Of a stretch of 64,000 bases of DNA, positions 63,941-64,000 are shown piece after piece. Each line of letters begins with the position of its first letter. Position 1 is the first letter of the stretch. A program made the translations under genes and the position numbers. The DNA comes from Octopus sinensis. Lineage: Eukaryota. Below the pieces are notes generated by a model. The model did no database searches. It was not told the origin of the DNA and saw nothing but the letters and a program-made list of their open reading frames with translations. The stretch covers positions 35,836,001 to 35,900,000 of the forward strand of contig NC_043007.1 of the NCBI RefSeq assembly GCF_006345805.1, given 5' to 3'.

Positions 63941-64000
63941 TATCCAATAGTTTTTTTGTTAGTTTATTTGTCTGTTTGTCTTTTCACATTGTGCTGTATG

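Overview
AT-rich, repeat-saturated animal genomic DNA, inferred to be octopus/coleoid cephalopod from the SINE landscape and a mollusc-type Bax sequence. The only gene I can identify is a minus-strand Bax-like apoptosis regulator. Two of its coding exons are clear (9369-9515; 5209-5293 with the BH3 motif LRCIGDELD). There is weak evidence for a CpG-enriched promoter/5'UTR near 41.1-41.3 kb and for the last two exons of a second minus-strand gene (58452-58521, 55166-55207). The rest is a mosaic of at least five SINE-like families, TTAA-flanked piggyBac-like MITEs, nested Merlin-like MITEs with 8-bp TSDs, hAT and Helitron non-autonomous elements, decayed RTE/CR1-Jockey LINE and pogo transposase remnants, and microsatellites. 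Nearly all ORFs in the supplied track are artefacts of these repeats. The main unannotated signal is a set of type I hammerhead ribozymes found by eye. The canonical ones are at 11441-11532 (-), its inverted twin 12114-12205 (+), and 41723-41795 (-). A near-canonical one is at 63883-63940 (+), and decayed ones are at 5474-5515 (-) and 50656-50714 (-). All have palindromic or near-palindromic stem III, suggesting cleavage as dimers, and the best ones have extended stem II. The twin pair sits in a 478-bp near-perfect inverted repeat plus 185-bp direct repeat typical of Penelope-like/retrozyme insertions. A SINE-like family also carries tandem modules that fold as a classical H-type pseudoknot.
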